From contig CAYTFG010000002.1 in assembly GCA_964436925.1 (NCBI GenBank), positions 1-60,910 of the forward strand: a stretch of DNA of 60,910 nt, written 5' to 3'. The translations under genes were made by a program, and so were the position numbers. The first letter of the stretch is position 1; each line of letters opens with the position of its first letter. The DNA comes from an uncultured Bacteroides sp. (GTDB lineage: Bacteria; Bacteroidota; Bacteroidia; Bacteroidales; Muribaculaceae). The notes under the pieces were generated by a model. That model had not been told where the DNA came from. It searched no databases and worked only from the letters and a program-made list of their open reading frames with translations. Positions 29,957 through 39,640 of the stretch are shown here, piece by piece.

Positions 29957-30355
29957 ATGAAAAATCTCCTTTTTCCACACATTTTACGACCGATAGGTTG
30001 GATTATGTTCATCCCCGCAATAATTGTGGGGGCACTGCTTCTGTTTAATGTATTCTCAAGCACCATTGCGAATGATCTTGTAATCATTTTCATTGCCATT
30101 GGCTCGTTATTCATCGTATGCTCCAAAGAGCCGATTGAAGATGAAATGACCAAGTCAATACGATTGTCATCGCTACTTAATTCCATTTATGTGTATGTGA
30201 TTCTGCTCATCCTCTGCACCATTTTCATTAATGGATTTCATTACCTTACGTTTTTATTTATAAACCTTGTGCTCCTTCCCATCATTTTTGTTTGCAACTT
30301 CCGATGGGAAATGCACCGATATAACAAATTGTCAGAAGATGAAGAACAGAATTAA
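29957..30355 (+). CDS. Membrane protein (about 4 TM) paired with an XRE regulator
   Basis: LLFPH...GW, SKEPIEDEMTKSIRLSSL motif; overlaps the HTH gene start. Confidence 0.8.
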   Translation: MKNLLFPHILRPIGWIMFIPAIIVGALLLFNVFSSTIANDLVIIFIAIGSLFIVCSKEPIEDEMTKSIRLSSLLNSIYVYVILLILCTIFINGFHYLTFLFINLVLLPIIFVCNFRWEMHRYNKLSEDEEQN

Positions 30356-30539
30356 GGTCGAACGCGCTGAACTCAATATAACCCAGCAGCAATTGGCCGA
30401 GGCTGTTGGTGTCAGTCGACAAACAATTGTCGCCATTGAACGAAATCGTTTCCTTCCGTCTACGCCGTTAGCTCTGAAAATCAGTAAATTCTTCAAAAAA
30501 CCGGTCGAGAGTATTTTCATCCTTGAAGATACTGATTAA
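30339..30539 (+). CDS. XRE-family helix-turn-helix transcriptional regulator (66 aa)
   Basis: MKNRIKVERAELNITQQQLAEAVGVSRQTIVAIE...PSTPLALKIS..F...VESIF. Confidence 0.93.
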   Translation: MKNRIKVERAELNITQQQLAEAVGVSRQTIVAIERNRFLPSTPLALKISKFFKKPVESIFILEDTD

Positions 30540-30557
30540 AAAGGTCAGATAAAATAG

Positions 30558-30596
30558 AAGCGGGAGAGCAATCCTTTGAGGTCGCTCTCCCGCTTT
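30558..30596. terminator. Bidirectional terminator
   Basis: aagcgggagagc...gctctcccgctt stem between convergent genes. Confidence 0.8.
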
Positions 30597-30620
30597 GGGA
30601 TTTATGCACTATCGCGTGAA

Positions 30621-33600
30621 TTATCGGCGAGTGCGTGTGGTTTTACGTTTCTTAGCTTTGGCCTTAATTTTGCTCTTGCCTGAGAACTTTTGAGCATTGG
30701 CAGCCTTGACTGTTGCTGCAGTATTTTTGCCGCTAATTTTGCTAACTCGCAAGCTCTTGCCGGTAGAAACTGCTGCTTTCTTCACGCGAGCAACAGTTGT
30801 GCTGACATCTTCGGTCTTGCGCACCATTGTGTAAGGAGCTAAGTGGTAAGGAGTATATTCTTTACCTTGATAAACAAATCTCTTGCCCTCGCGAATGATG
30901 TCAACCGGAGTCCACACTTGTGAACCGCTTTGTGAACCCATTGCAAGTGCAACTTCAATACCCACCCAGTTTACATCGACTGTTGAGGTACTGTTAGATT
31001 CACTACGTTGTCCGTGGAGAACTACCTTGTCGCTTGACTTCAAGTAGTTACCTGCAAGAATACATTCATCGGATGAACCTGATGACCAGTAAGAGAAGTT
31101 ACCTGAATCGTCTTGTAGATATGGATAGTAGATAACGTTGTAGCTGGTGTATTTAGCTCCTTCGCCACTATATTCATAACCTTGCAAAACGTTGGTTACG
31201 CCGGTTGAACCATTCCACACTTCAAGCGCTTTGGTTGTTGAGTTGAATAGCCACATGAATGGGCGTTGGTTGAAGATTGTGTTACCCCAGCCATATACTG
31301 CATAATTCTTGTCAACACGGTTTGGAACGATTGTTACTTCAAATGTTGATGCAGGAACACTGTCGGCAACAATTTCTGATGTTGCGTCGTCGGATGTTAC
31401 TATCCAAGTACCCACGTATGCTTCATATTCGTCTGAGCCCTTAGGCATTGCTGTCGTTGACTTGGTGATATAAGCTGTTGCATTGCCCAACGTATTTTCT
31501 ACGCGAACTACCAGCGCATATTCTACGCTTGGCATACCGCCTTCCCATCCGAGTGTTAGGCCTTGTTCTGAATTGATTGCTTCGTTGTAGCTTGACCCGA
31601 TTTCTACACCAATTTCACGTGTGAGTTGCTCGAGTGAGTTACCATATTTCGGTAACAATGCCTCAATTGATGACGGTGTTGAAAGGTAATACTTGGCCGA
31701 TTGAACATAAGTACCCTTTAAGTTGAAGTCTACTGCGTAGTATTCTTCACCTGATGGAAGTGATGCTGATAGCTTAATGGTTGGTGCTGCCTTAACGCTA
31801 ACGTCTTCACCGCCCCATGTTGATGGTATATCTTCGTAGTTGGTCAACTTCTTACAGTTGGTGAAACATTTAGCTGAAGTGTATGATGTGCGAGTTCCGA
31901 ATGCGGCTTGTGAAGCTGCTTTCAGTGTTGCATCTTCGCTACTGTTATATGTTGCACGTTCCCATGGAGCAACATTATAGGTCGTTTCACCTGCGGTTAT
32001 TGCATGAGATGGAACGGTTCCTTCCAAGTTGCTACAATTCTCAAATGTCCCTGCAAATGAATAGATTTGCAAAGTGCCCGGCTTGTTGAACAATGTCTCT
32101 AGGTTTACATGCTTCAAGCTTGTGCAGTTTTGGAACAGATAGTTGGCAATAGTTACTGCTATAGTTTTGCCGGCTGTTGTTGTTCCTTCGCCAAGGCCCT
32201 TGAAGAAGTTATCAGGAACGCGTTCCAATGAGGTACATCCTTGGAACATTGAGTTGATATTGGTGATGCGTGATGCAAATGCTTCCGGCCACATTTGGTC
32301 AGGAAGGTCGGTTAGTGATTCGCAATATTGACACATCTGTAAAACACTTGGTGTCCCTGTATTTACTGTTGCTGTCATCGCCGGAATGTTGCGGAGGCTC
32401 TTACAGTATGAAAATGCATTTTGACAGTTGCGTATGTCTTTACAATCTTCAAACAAATCTTTTGGCAATTCTTCCAATTGAGTACAGTTGTAGAATAATT
32501 TGCTGATAGTTTGAAGCTTTTCTGCACCTTTAAGTAGGTTAGGACTAACACTTGTCAATGCCGTACATCCGGTGAATGTCATTGTAGTTAGTGCGCTGAA
32601 TTCATTATCAACAACACCGGGAAGCGTCTTAATGAGTGGAGCTGTTAGCGAAATATTTGCATACTTAACGCTTGTACCCCATTGAACGATACCAACTATA
32701 CCTTGAACGTAGGTAGCTGAAGTACCGCTTATATTAGTGAGGTCACCCCACACTTGAACTGAATATTCCCTAGTCTTGTCAGTGTACAAGTGATAAGGAT
32801 AACGGTCGGCAGTTGACAATAATGTTGAGGTCGCACTAACCGGGTTAAGTGTTTGAACTTCTGAACCATCACCCCAATCTACATAGACTTTTCCGCCCTT
32901 AGATACTTGGTAAAGTGGTAAACGTACACCATAAGTGTCAGGATTTGATGTTACCTGAGCAGGGTCTACGCGGAATACCAAGCGTTCGGGATTATAGGTC
33001 TCTCCGGCTTGAACCACTGCAATTGTTTCAACGGTCTTGCCGTCAGATATTAATTTGAGTTGTGCCACACGTGCATCCGGAGAAGTGTTTTGTGCTACTG
33101 AAATTGTGAAGCTTTCGGTGCGTAATTCGTATGCACGACCGCCAACTACTTTAATCCAATTTGCTGCATCATCAGGAACTTCAATGGTAAATTCAAGGTT
33201 GGTTTCTACGTCAACATTGTAGCTGCCACCTGAAGCTGTAGTTTCGATTGCTGATGTACTGACATTTACAACACCTGCCACAAATGAGAGTGTTCTCATG
33301 ATAGTCTTGTCAGCGCCGTCCGAAGCAAATACGATAACAATACCATTGCAAGTAGTGTCAGGTGCTGTTACGGTGATGTAACCTGTTCCGTCAGAGTTAA
33401 GTTTGGTCTCTGCCTTCCAGCCTTCTTTACCGATTGCTTCAACAATAGTTCCTGAAGTCATTCCGGTTACTACAAAGTCAATTTGCTTGGTTTGTCCCGG
33501 CATAACAAGTGCGGTTGAAACATCAAATGCGATGCCAAATTCGCTATAAATAGGGAGTGCAAGCACTGTGCCGTCAGCGAGGGTGAGATAAGCAATCTTG

Positions 33601-34454
33601 CCGTTATCACTGACTGATGCATCCTTGAAGAATGAGTCGCCGTCAGCGCCCTTAGAGTCGCCGAGTTCGGTCCATGTGATACCACGGTCTAGAGATACAT
33701 ACCACTTGTCATTCTCGATTTTGAATGCAGGTGCGATACCGTTTGAACCGTCCTTACCATCTTGTCCGTCAACACCGTCTTTGCCATCCTTACCGTCGGC
33801 TCCGTCTTTACCGTCAACGCCATCTTTTCCGTCTTTACCATCGACACCGTCTTTGCCATTGGTGCCATCGGTTCCGTTTGTACCGTTGATACCGTCAATG
33901 CCGTTGGCGCGTACTTTTTGACCGTCAACAATCAGCCATTCGCCGTTTACGGTCCAATACCAATTGCCGTCAGTGTCTTGGCGAACACTTACTAGTGGAG
34001 TTGTGCCATCGACGCCATCTTTACCGTCTTGACCATCTTTACCATTGGTGCCGTCGACGCCATCTTTACCGTCCTTGCCGTTAGTGCCGTCAACACCATC
34101 TTTTCCGTCTTGACCATCTTTACCATTGGTGCCGTCAACGCCGTCTTGACCGTCTTGGCCATCCTTTCCGTCTTTGATTTCAATGGTTGAAAGTGTGCCG
34201 GTATCAGATACTAAGTGTACTATGCGCACACCATTGCCCTGATCTTCAACTGACTGGATGAAGAGTTTTCCCGACATTAGACCTTGGAGCGTGCTAACAT
34301 TGTTGTTAAGCGTGTTCACAAGCTCTTCCAAATTACTTACACGCTCATCGAGCCCATTCACTGCGTTCCACACGTCGGTGTCATCGTAGCTACATGAGGC
34401 TGGTAAGCATAATGCCATGATTAGCATCAATAGTGAATAAATTTTTTGTCTCAT
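30621..34454 (-). CDS. Large surface lipoprotein: DUF4988-like coiled-coil N-terminus, collagen-like repeats, BACON domain, BspA-like leucine-rich repeats
   Basis: Lipobox LPASC then SYDDTDVW...LDERVSNLEE; two (G-X-Y)19 blocks; VETNLEF...WI...N...R BACON pattern; VDWGDGS; repeated (M/L)FxxCxSLxxxP; start taken at MRQKIYS. Confidence 0.8.
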   Translation of the reverse strand: MRQKIYSLLMLIMALCLPASCSYDDTDVWNAVNGLDERVSNLEELVNTLNNNVSTLQGLMSGKLFIQSVEDQGNGVRIVHLVSDTGTLSTIEIKDGKDGQDGQDGVDGTNGKDGQDGKDGVDGTNGKDGKDGVDGTNGKDGQDGKDGVDGTTPLVSVRQDTDGNWYWTVNGEWLIVDGQKVRANGIDGINGTNGTDGTNGKDGVDGKDGKDGVDGKDGADGKDGKDGVDGQDGKDGSNGIAPAFKIENDKWYVSLDRGITWTELGDSKGADGDSFFKDASVSDNGKIAYLTLADGTVLALPIYSEFGIAFDVSTALVMPGQTKQIDFVVTGMTSGTIVEAIGKEGWKAETKLNSDGTGYITVTAPDTTCNGIVIVFASDGADKTIMRTLSFVAGVVNVSTSAIETTASGGSYNVDVETNLEFTIEVPDDAANWIKVVGGRAYELRTESFTISVAQNTSPDARVAQLKLISDGKTVETIAVVQAGETYNPERLVFRVDPAQVTSNPDTYGVRLPLYQVSKGGKVYVDWGDGSEVQTLNPVSATSTLLSTADRYPYHLYTDKTREYSVQVWGDLTNISGTSATYVQGIVGIVQWGTSVKYANISLTAPLIKTLPGVVDNEFSALTTMTFTGCTALTSVSPNLLKGAEKLQTISKLFYNCTQLEELPKDLFEDCKDIRNCQNAFSYCKSLRNIPAMTATVNTGTPSVLQMCQYCESLTDLPDQMWPEAFASRITNINSMFQGCTSLERVPDNFFKGLGEGTTTAGKTIAVTIANYLFQNCTSLKHVNLETLFNKPGTLQIYSFAGTFENCSNLEGTVPSHAITAGETTYNVAPWERATYNSSEDATLKAASQAAFGTRTSYTSAKCFTNCKKLTNYEDIPSTWGGEDVSVKAAPTIKLSASLPSGEEYYAVDFNLKGTYVQSAKYYLSTPSSIEALLPKYGNSLEQLTREIGVEIGSSYNEAINSEQGLTLGWEGGMPSVEYALVVRVENTLGNATAYITKSTTAMPKGSDEYEAYVGTWIVTSDDATSEIVADSVPASTFEVTIVPNRVDKNYAVYGWGNTIFNQRPFMWLFNSTTKALEVWNGSTGVTNVLQGYEYSGEGAKYTSYNVIYYPYLQDDSGNFSYWSSGSSDECILAGNYLKSSDKVVLHGQRSESNSTSTVDVNWVGIEVALAMGSQSGSQVWTPVDIIREGKRFVYQGKEYTPYHLAPYTMVRKTEDVSTTVARVKKAAVSTGKSLRVSKISGKNTAATVKAANAQKFSGKSKIKAKAKKRKTTRTRR
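33732..33902 (-). repeat. Collagen-like 9-bp repeat block 2 (19 G-X-Y triplets)
   Basis: GID/GTN/GKD/GVD/GAD triplets. Confidence 0.9.
33999..34169 (-). repeat. Collagen-like 9-bp repeat block 1 (19 G-X-Y triplets)
   Basis: GKD/GQD/GVD/GTN triplets; synonymously diverged 9-mers. Confidence 0.9.
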
Positions 34455-34728
34455 GGAATAATAATTAAAATTATAGTTACTATAAATTGATTTGTTTTTC
34501 TTGATTAAGTAGTGTGTGTATGTGTTTGTACATTTACTCAACAAAGTAAACACAAAATTTTTACTTTAGCAATAATATTTGTCAAATTTTATAGAAAATA
34601 ATATCTAATTGATTTACTATTGATAAATTTGTTGGCAATAAAAGTTGCTATATAGACGTGATATTTTTCCTAAATTCACATTTTCTATGTACCTTTGTGA
34701 CTATAAATAATTTATAACGAAAAACTCA

Positions 34729-35919
34729 ATGGCAACTATTGGTTCTGTAATGACAAGCGTTGGCCGCAAGGCTCTTTTGCTTGGAAGTGGCGAGTTAGGT
34801 AAAGAAGTGGCAATCGAGCTTCAACGTTATGGCGTTGAGGTGATTGCGTGTGACAAATATGCTAATGCTCCGGCTATGCAAATCGCTCATCGTAGCTATG
34901 TTGTGAATATGCTTGACGGCGAAGCTTTGCGTCAAATCATCGAAAAAGAAAAACCTGACCACATTATCCCCGAAGTCGAAGCTATTGCTACCACTACATT
35001 GGTCGAATTGGAAAAACTCGGTTATCATGTGACTCCAACTGCCCAAGCTGCATTGTTGACCATGAACCGCGAAGGTATTCGTCGTCTTGCTGCTGAAAAA
35101 TTAGGCATCAAAACGTCGCCTTATCGCTTTGCTTCCGATTATGAGGAATTTAAACAAGCTGTTGCCGAGATTGGCGTGCCTTGTGTTGTAAAACCCATTA
35201 TGAGTTCATCAGGTCATGGCCAAAGCGTGTTGAAGTCTATCGAGGACGTTGACCATGCTTGGCATGTAGCTCAAGAAGGCGGTCGTGCCGGCGCAGGTCG
35301 TGTAATTGTTGAGGGTTTCGTGAAATTTGATTATGAAATTACATTGTTGACTGTGCGTAGTTGTAGCGGAACTTGCTTCTGTGAGCCTGTCGGTCACATC
35401 CAAGTTGACGGTGATTACCGATACTCTTGGCAACCTCAACCCATGAATGTTGAAGCCCTGAAATCAGCTCAAGAAATCGCTCGCAAGGTGACCGACGCTT
35501 TGGGCGGTTATGGTATCTTCGGTGTAGAATTATTTGTCAAAGGCGATGAAGTTATATTCAGCGAAGTTTCTCCTCGTCCTCACGATACCGGTATGGTGAC
35601 CATGATTTCTCAAGATTTGAGCGAATTTGCACTTCATGCTCGCGCATTGCTTGGCCTCCCTGTCCCTGCAATTAAATTCTATGGCCCGTCAGCGTCACGT
35701 GCAGTTGTCGTTGAAGGCGATACCGACAAATTGCAATTTGAAAATTTGGAAGAAGTATTAGCTGAACCGGGTGTTCAGATGAGAATATTCGGCAAGCCTG
35801 AGGTCGTAGGTCATCGTCGCATGGCTGTTATCTTGGCTACCGATGAATCTGTTGAAAAGGCTCGCCAAAAAGCTGAAAGAGCCTACAATAAGCTCAACGT
35901 GAAAGTCCTTCCGCGATGA
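34729..35919 (+). CDS. purT: Formate-dependent phosphoribosylglycinamide formyltransferase
   Basis: [48 protein letters not shown]...RRMAV. Confidence 0.96.
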   Translation: MATIGSVMTSVGRKALLLGSGELGKEVAIELQRYGVEVIACDKYANAPAMQIAHRSYVVNMLDGEALRQIIEKEKPDHIIPEVEAIATTTLVELEKLGYHVTPTAQAALLTMNREGIRRLAAEKLGIKTSPYRFASDYEEFKQAVAEIGVPCVVKPIMSSSGHGQSVLKSIEDVDHAWHVAQEGGRAGAGRVIVEGFVKFDYEITLLTVRSCSGTCFCEPVGHIQVDGDYRYSWQPQPMNVEALKSAQEIARKVTDALGGYGIFGVELFVKGDEVIFSEVSPRPHDTGMVTMISQDLSEFALHARALLGLPVPAIKFYGPSASRAVVVEGDTDKLQFENLEEVLAEPGVQMRIFGKPEVVGHRRMAVILATDESVEKARQKAERAYNKLNVKVLPR

Positions 35920-36272
35920 TAATTCCCCTGAAGGATATAAAAATGACATTTTTAGTACCCGGAGTAGCTCGAGCTGATTTTATGATTGATGCCGACGGCT
36001 CCGGGTTCTATGCTTTTGAAACCGAGGATATGTCAGAACAAGCTGACCTCTCGGGCATAGATTACGCCACTATCGCTCGCGGAGTTACTGACATTCTCAA
36101 TGCCGATGATAAAACTACAGCCTTAACTAATTGCGATTTACAAGGCGCTATATGGAATGATGACTGTAAAATCGCATGGAGTGACATGAACGATTCTACA
36201 GTCAACAATATTATCGGCCTCGTTGTGAAAAACATCGAGGGCTTTGATTTTCTGATGGGCTTTAAAGGCTAA
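35916..36272 (+). CDS. Acidic hypothetical protein (118 aa)
   Basis: ATGA overlap with the purT stop; fills the gap to rlmB; no recognised motif. Confidence 0.65.
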   Translation: MIIPLKDIKMTFLVPGVARADFMIDADGSGFYAFETEDMSEQADLSGIDYATIARGVTDILNADDKTTALTNCDLQGAIWNDDCKIAWSDMNDSTVNNIIGLVVKNIEGFDFLMGFKG

Positions 36273-36275
36273 TCA

Positions 36276-37031
36276 TCATTGAACTTCCATCTCGCTATTG
36301 AGACGTTGGCGCACTACTTCATACATCATTACGCCTGCTGCTACCGACACATTTAGTGACCCTATATTACCAAACATGGGGATTGATACCATTGTGTCAC
36401 ATAGTCTGAGTACTTCTGGTGAAATACCCACATCTTCTGCGCCCATAACGAGAGCCGTCGGGACTGTATAGTCTCCTTGTGTGTAGCTGATTGTTGCCTT
36501 TTCGCTGGCTGCTACGATGTTATAGCCATTATTTTTTAGGAATTTTACTGCACCCAACACTGAGTGTTCACGACACACCGGGATGTGATGTAATGCGCCT
36601 GCCGAGGTTTTAATGGCGTCACCGCCTACGCTCACGCTGCCACGTTCGGGAATGACGATTGCATCGGCACCGCAACATTCTGCCGTACGAGCTATCGCTC
36701 CAAAGTTTCTAACATCGGTAATGCCGTCGAGAACGACAACAAATGGCAATACTCCGTCTTCATATAGTTGAGGTACAAGGTTGTCAAGACTGTGATAAGT
36801 AACAGCCGACAAGATGGCTACCACTCCTTGGTGATTTTTGCGGGTAATCTTGTTGATGCGCTCAATGGGCACACGTTGATTGACAATGCGATTTTCTTTT
36901 ACAAGGGCTAATAGCTCATTTGCTAAGTCGCCTTGTAAATCTTTCTTGATGAGAATCTTGTCAATCTCTTTTCCTGCTTCGATAGCCTCAATCACGGCAC
37001 GAATGCCAAAAATGTAGTCGTTACGTTCCAT
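36276..37031 (-). CDS. rlmB: 23S rRNA (Gm2251) 2'-O-methyltransferase
   Basis: FGIRAVIEAI, NHQGVVA, LDGITDVRNFGAIARTA, GAEDVG, IPMFGNIGSLNVSVA (SpoU). Confidence 0.93.
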   Translation of the reverse strand: MERNDYIFGIRAVIEAIEAGKEIDKILIKKDLQGDLANELLALVKENRIVNQRVPIERINKITRKNHQGVVAILSAVTYHSLDNLVPQLYEDGVLPFVVVLDGITDVRNFGAIARTAECCGADAIVIPERGSVSVGGDAIKTSAGALHHIPVCREHSVLGAVKFLKNNGYNIVAASEKATISYTQGDYTVPTALVMGAEDVGISPEVLRLCDTMVSIPMFGNIGSLNVSVAAGVMMYEVVRQRLNSEMEVQ

Positions 37032-37044
37032 ATTAAGTATCTAT

Positions 37045-38715
37045 TTACAATTTGGTTTCTAAAAGCTTCTTAGCTGTTGCGCGGGCTGTCGCTTCACTTG
37101 TTGAGCCACTAAGCATTAATGCCAACTCGTCAATGCGCTCTTCGCTTGACAAGCGGCGTATGCGTGTCATTGTCGTGTGCTCATCGTCTTCCTTATAAAC
37201 TTTGAAGTGTGAATCGCCCTTTGCAGCTACTTGGGGTAGGTGAGTGATTGTTATCACTTGTATTCGACGTGAAATGTCGTTCATCATCTCTCCCATGCGA
37301 TTGGCAACATCGCCCGAAACTCCGGTGTCTACTTCATCAAAAATTATTGATGGTAGTTGCATCTTTTCTGCGATAAGTGATTTTATTGATAGAACCAGTC
37401 GCGAAATTTCACCACCTGAGGCTGTATCGCCAACAGGCATGAGCTGCTGATTCTTGTTAAATGCAAATGTAAAGATAACGCTATCCAAGCCCGTCGGTGT
37501 TAGCGCTGTTGTTGGCTTCACAACTATCTCGCATTGGAGATTTTTCATGCCCAGTGGCAGGGCGCGTTCTTTCAGTTGTTCGCCAAATTTTTTTGCTGCT
37601 GCTTTACGCCTCTGAGAGATAACATTGGCTTGCGCAATAGCTTCTTTTTTTAGCTTGGCACATTGCTGCTTCATTTCGGCGATAGTATCATCGAAGTTTT
37701 CGATGGCATTAATCTTTTGTCGAAGTGAATTAGCTATGTCGATAAGCTTTTCAACTGAGTCAACGTGATGTTTGTGCTCAAGTTCGTATATTCGGTCAAG
37801 ACGTTGCTCTATTTCTTCCAATTGCGCCGGGTCGGCTTGTAATTGGGAATTGTAATCTTGCAATGTCTCGGTTATATCTTGTATCTCTATGCGCGCAGTG
37901 TCAAGACGTTGTGCCAGGCTGTCGGCATCTTCGAGAACATCGGTTAGCTCTCTACAATTGTCAGTGGCATTATCAAGCAGTTCCAGTGCATTGCTGGAGC
38001 CATTGGTTAAGCTTTCCAGCGCATTTGCCAAGTATTGCTTGATGTCGGTCATATTGTTGAGCACGTCGCGGTCATGTTCAAGTTGCTCTTGCTCACCGGC
38101 AACAAGTTGTAATTCGTCAAGCTGCTCAAGCTGAAATTGCATATAGTCTGAATCTTGACGGTCTTTTTCCATCGCTGCAATTGTGTCATTGAGACGTCGT
38201 TGCTCGGCCTTAAAATCATCATAAATCTTGCGATAATCTTTGAGTAACGGAGCATTATCGGCAAGGTTATCTATGATTTGGAGCTGATAATCAGCGGTAG
38301 TTAACAACTGATTTTGATGCTGTGAGTGAATGTCTACAAGCTGTAACGTGACATCCCTTAATGTGCTGAGATTTACCGGCGTGTCATTGATGAACGCTCT
38401 TGAACGGCCGTTTGTCGCTAACTCTCGGCGCACTATCAGTTGTCCGTCTTCCATCCAGTCTATATCGTTTTCACTGCAATATTGTTTCAGCGCAGGAAAA
38501 TTGTTGGCTGAAAAAACGGCTTCTATAATTGTTTTTTTAGATGTGTCTCTAATCGCTTTAATGTCAGCACGTTCGCCTAGAATAAGCGATAACGCACCGA
38601 GCATGATTGATTTACCGGCACCTGTCTCACCGGTTATGATGTTGAAACCTTGGGTGAAATCTATGTCGATTGCGTCAATAAGCGCGTAGTTAGATATGTG
38701 TAGAGATTCAATCAT
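37045..38715 (-). CDS. recN: DNA repair protein RecN
   Basis: TGETGAGKS, DIHSQH, ASGGEISR, IFDEVDTGVSG, ITHLPQVA. Confidence 0.96.
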   Translation of the reverse strand: MIESLHISNYALIDAIDIDFTQGFNIITGETGAGKSIMLGALSLILGERADIKAIRDTSKKTIIEAVFSANNFPALKQYCSENDIDWMEDGQLIVRRELATNGRSRAFINDTPVNLSTLRDVTLQLVDIHSQHQNQLLTTADYQLQIIDNLADNAPLLKDYRKIYDDFKAEQRRLNDTIAAMEKDRQDSDYMQFQLEQLDELQLVAGEQEQLEHDRDVLNNMTDIKQYLANALESLTNGSSNALELLDNATDNCRELTDVLEDADSLAQRLDTARIEIQDITETLQDYNSQLQADPAQLEEIEQRLDRIYELEHKHHVDSVEKLIDIANSLRQKINAIENFDDTIAEMKQQCAKLKKEAIAQANVISQRRKAAAKKFGEQLKERALPLGMKNLQCEIVVKPTTALTPTGLDSVIFTFAFNKNQQLMPVGDTASGGEISRLVLSIKSLIAEKMQLPSIIFDEVDTGVSGDVANRMGEMMNDISRRIQVITITHLPQVAAKGDSHFKVYKEDDEHTTMTRIRRLSSEERIDELALMLSGSTSEATARATAKKLLETKL

Positions 38716-38728
38716 GGTCAGTATATGT

Positions 38729-39631
38729 TTATTTTGTGCTGCCGTTCTTGATGCTGTTCAAGCGTGTTTGTTCGGCAGGATAAACTGATTGAAGTAATTC
38801 ATAAGCTGTTTGTCGCTCGTCTTGTGGAGCTTTTGAGTATATGTTGACAAGTTCATCCATTTTTGAATCCTTGAACATTGTTAGTCCCACTGACATGGGG
38901 GCGACATCGTATATTTTCTTTATGTTTTGTAGAGTAGACGTTATTTTAGCACGACCTTTGTCGGGGCTCAATACCATTTGGTCAAGCCCTTGCAAGTGAT
39001 ATTCATAGAGCAATGTGCGCATTCCTGATGTCGCTTTATCGGTGTAAGCGCTTAATACTGAAGAGCGGTTATTGGTGTCTTCAAATGCCTTCCATCCGCT
39101 TTCGCCTGATGATTGAGCTTGTTGCACAATCTGTGCTGCTCGGTCATAGTAAGCTTGTCCGCCATTTAGCGAGAATGAGTCAAAATCAACAGCAATAATC
39201 ATGTACGCCCAGAAATTGAGTATGGCAGTCAATTGGCTCTCCATGTTCATCTCTGAATACACAAGTGGCTCGTTGAGTTGATAAGTGAATTCTATCTTGG
39301 TGTCTTTGAAATTAATCAAAGTCGTTGTATATGAGCTGTTGTAAACAGGACGTATTGATTGCAACTGTAAGTTTCCACTAAACGTGTCATTGTCATACTC
39401 TGTGATTGTAAAGAATAGTCTACATTCTATCTTTTCATTTGTCGAAAATTGTGCCTTAGTGAATTGTGTGGTGTTCATGTACTCGGTAATCGCAGACTGC
39501 AGCGTGGTGAACACGTCTTTGCTTGTGTTCTGCACTTGGTCACTATTTACTTCCACAGTACAATTCAGCTCTTGTGCCGACAGCGCAAAAGTAAATAACG
39601 AAAAGATTAAGATAATTATGTGGCGGAGCAT
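38729..39631 (-). CDS. porD: DUF4835 family protein (T9SS component PorD-like)
   Basis: Signal peptide then QELNCTVEVN, RPVYNSSYTT, DFDSFS..GG, YEYH..GLD; position between coaBC and recN. Confidence 0.85.
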   Translation of the reverse strand: MLRHIIILIFSLFTFALSAQELNCTVEVNSDQVQNTSKDVFTTLQSAITEYMNTTQFTKAQFSTNEKIECRLFFTITEYDNDTFSGNLQLQSIRPVYNSSYTTTLINFKDTKIEFTYQLNEPLVYSEMNMESQLTAILNFWAYMIIAVDFDSFSLNGGQAYYDRAAQIVQQAQSSGESGWKAFEDTNNRSSVLSAYTDKATSGMRTLLYEYHLQGLDQMVLSPDKGRAKITSTLQNIKKIYDVAPMSVGLTMFKDSKMDELVNIYSKAPQDERQTAYELLQSVYPAEQTRLNSIKNGSTK

Positions 39632-39640
39632 GTCTCTAGT

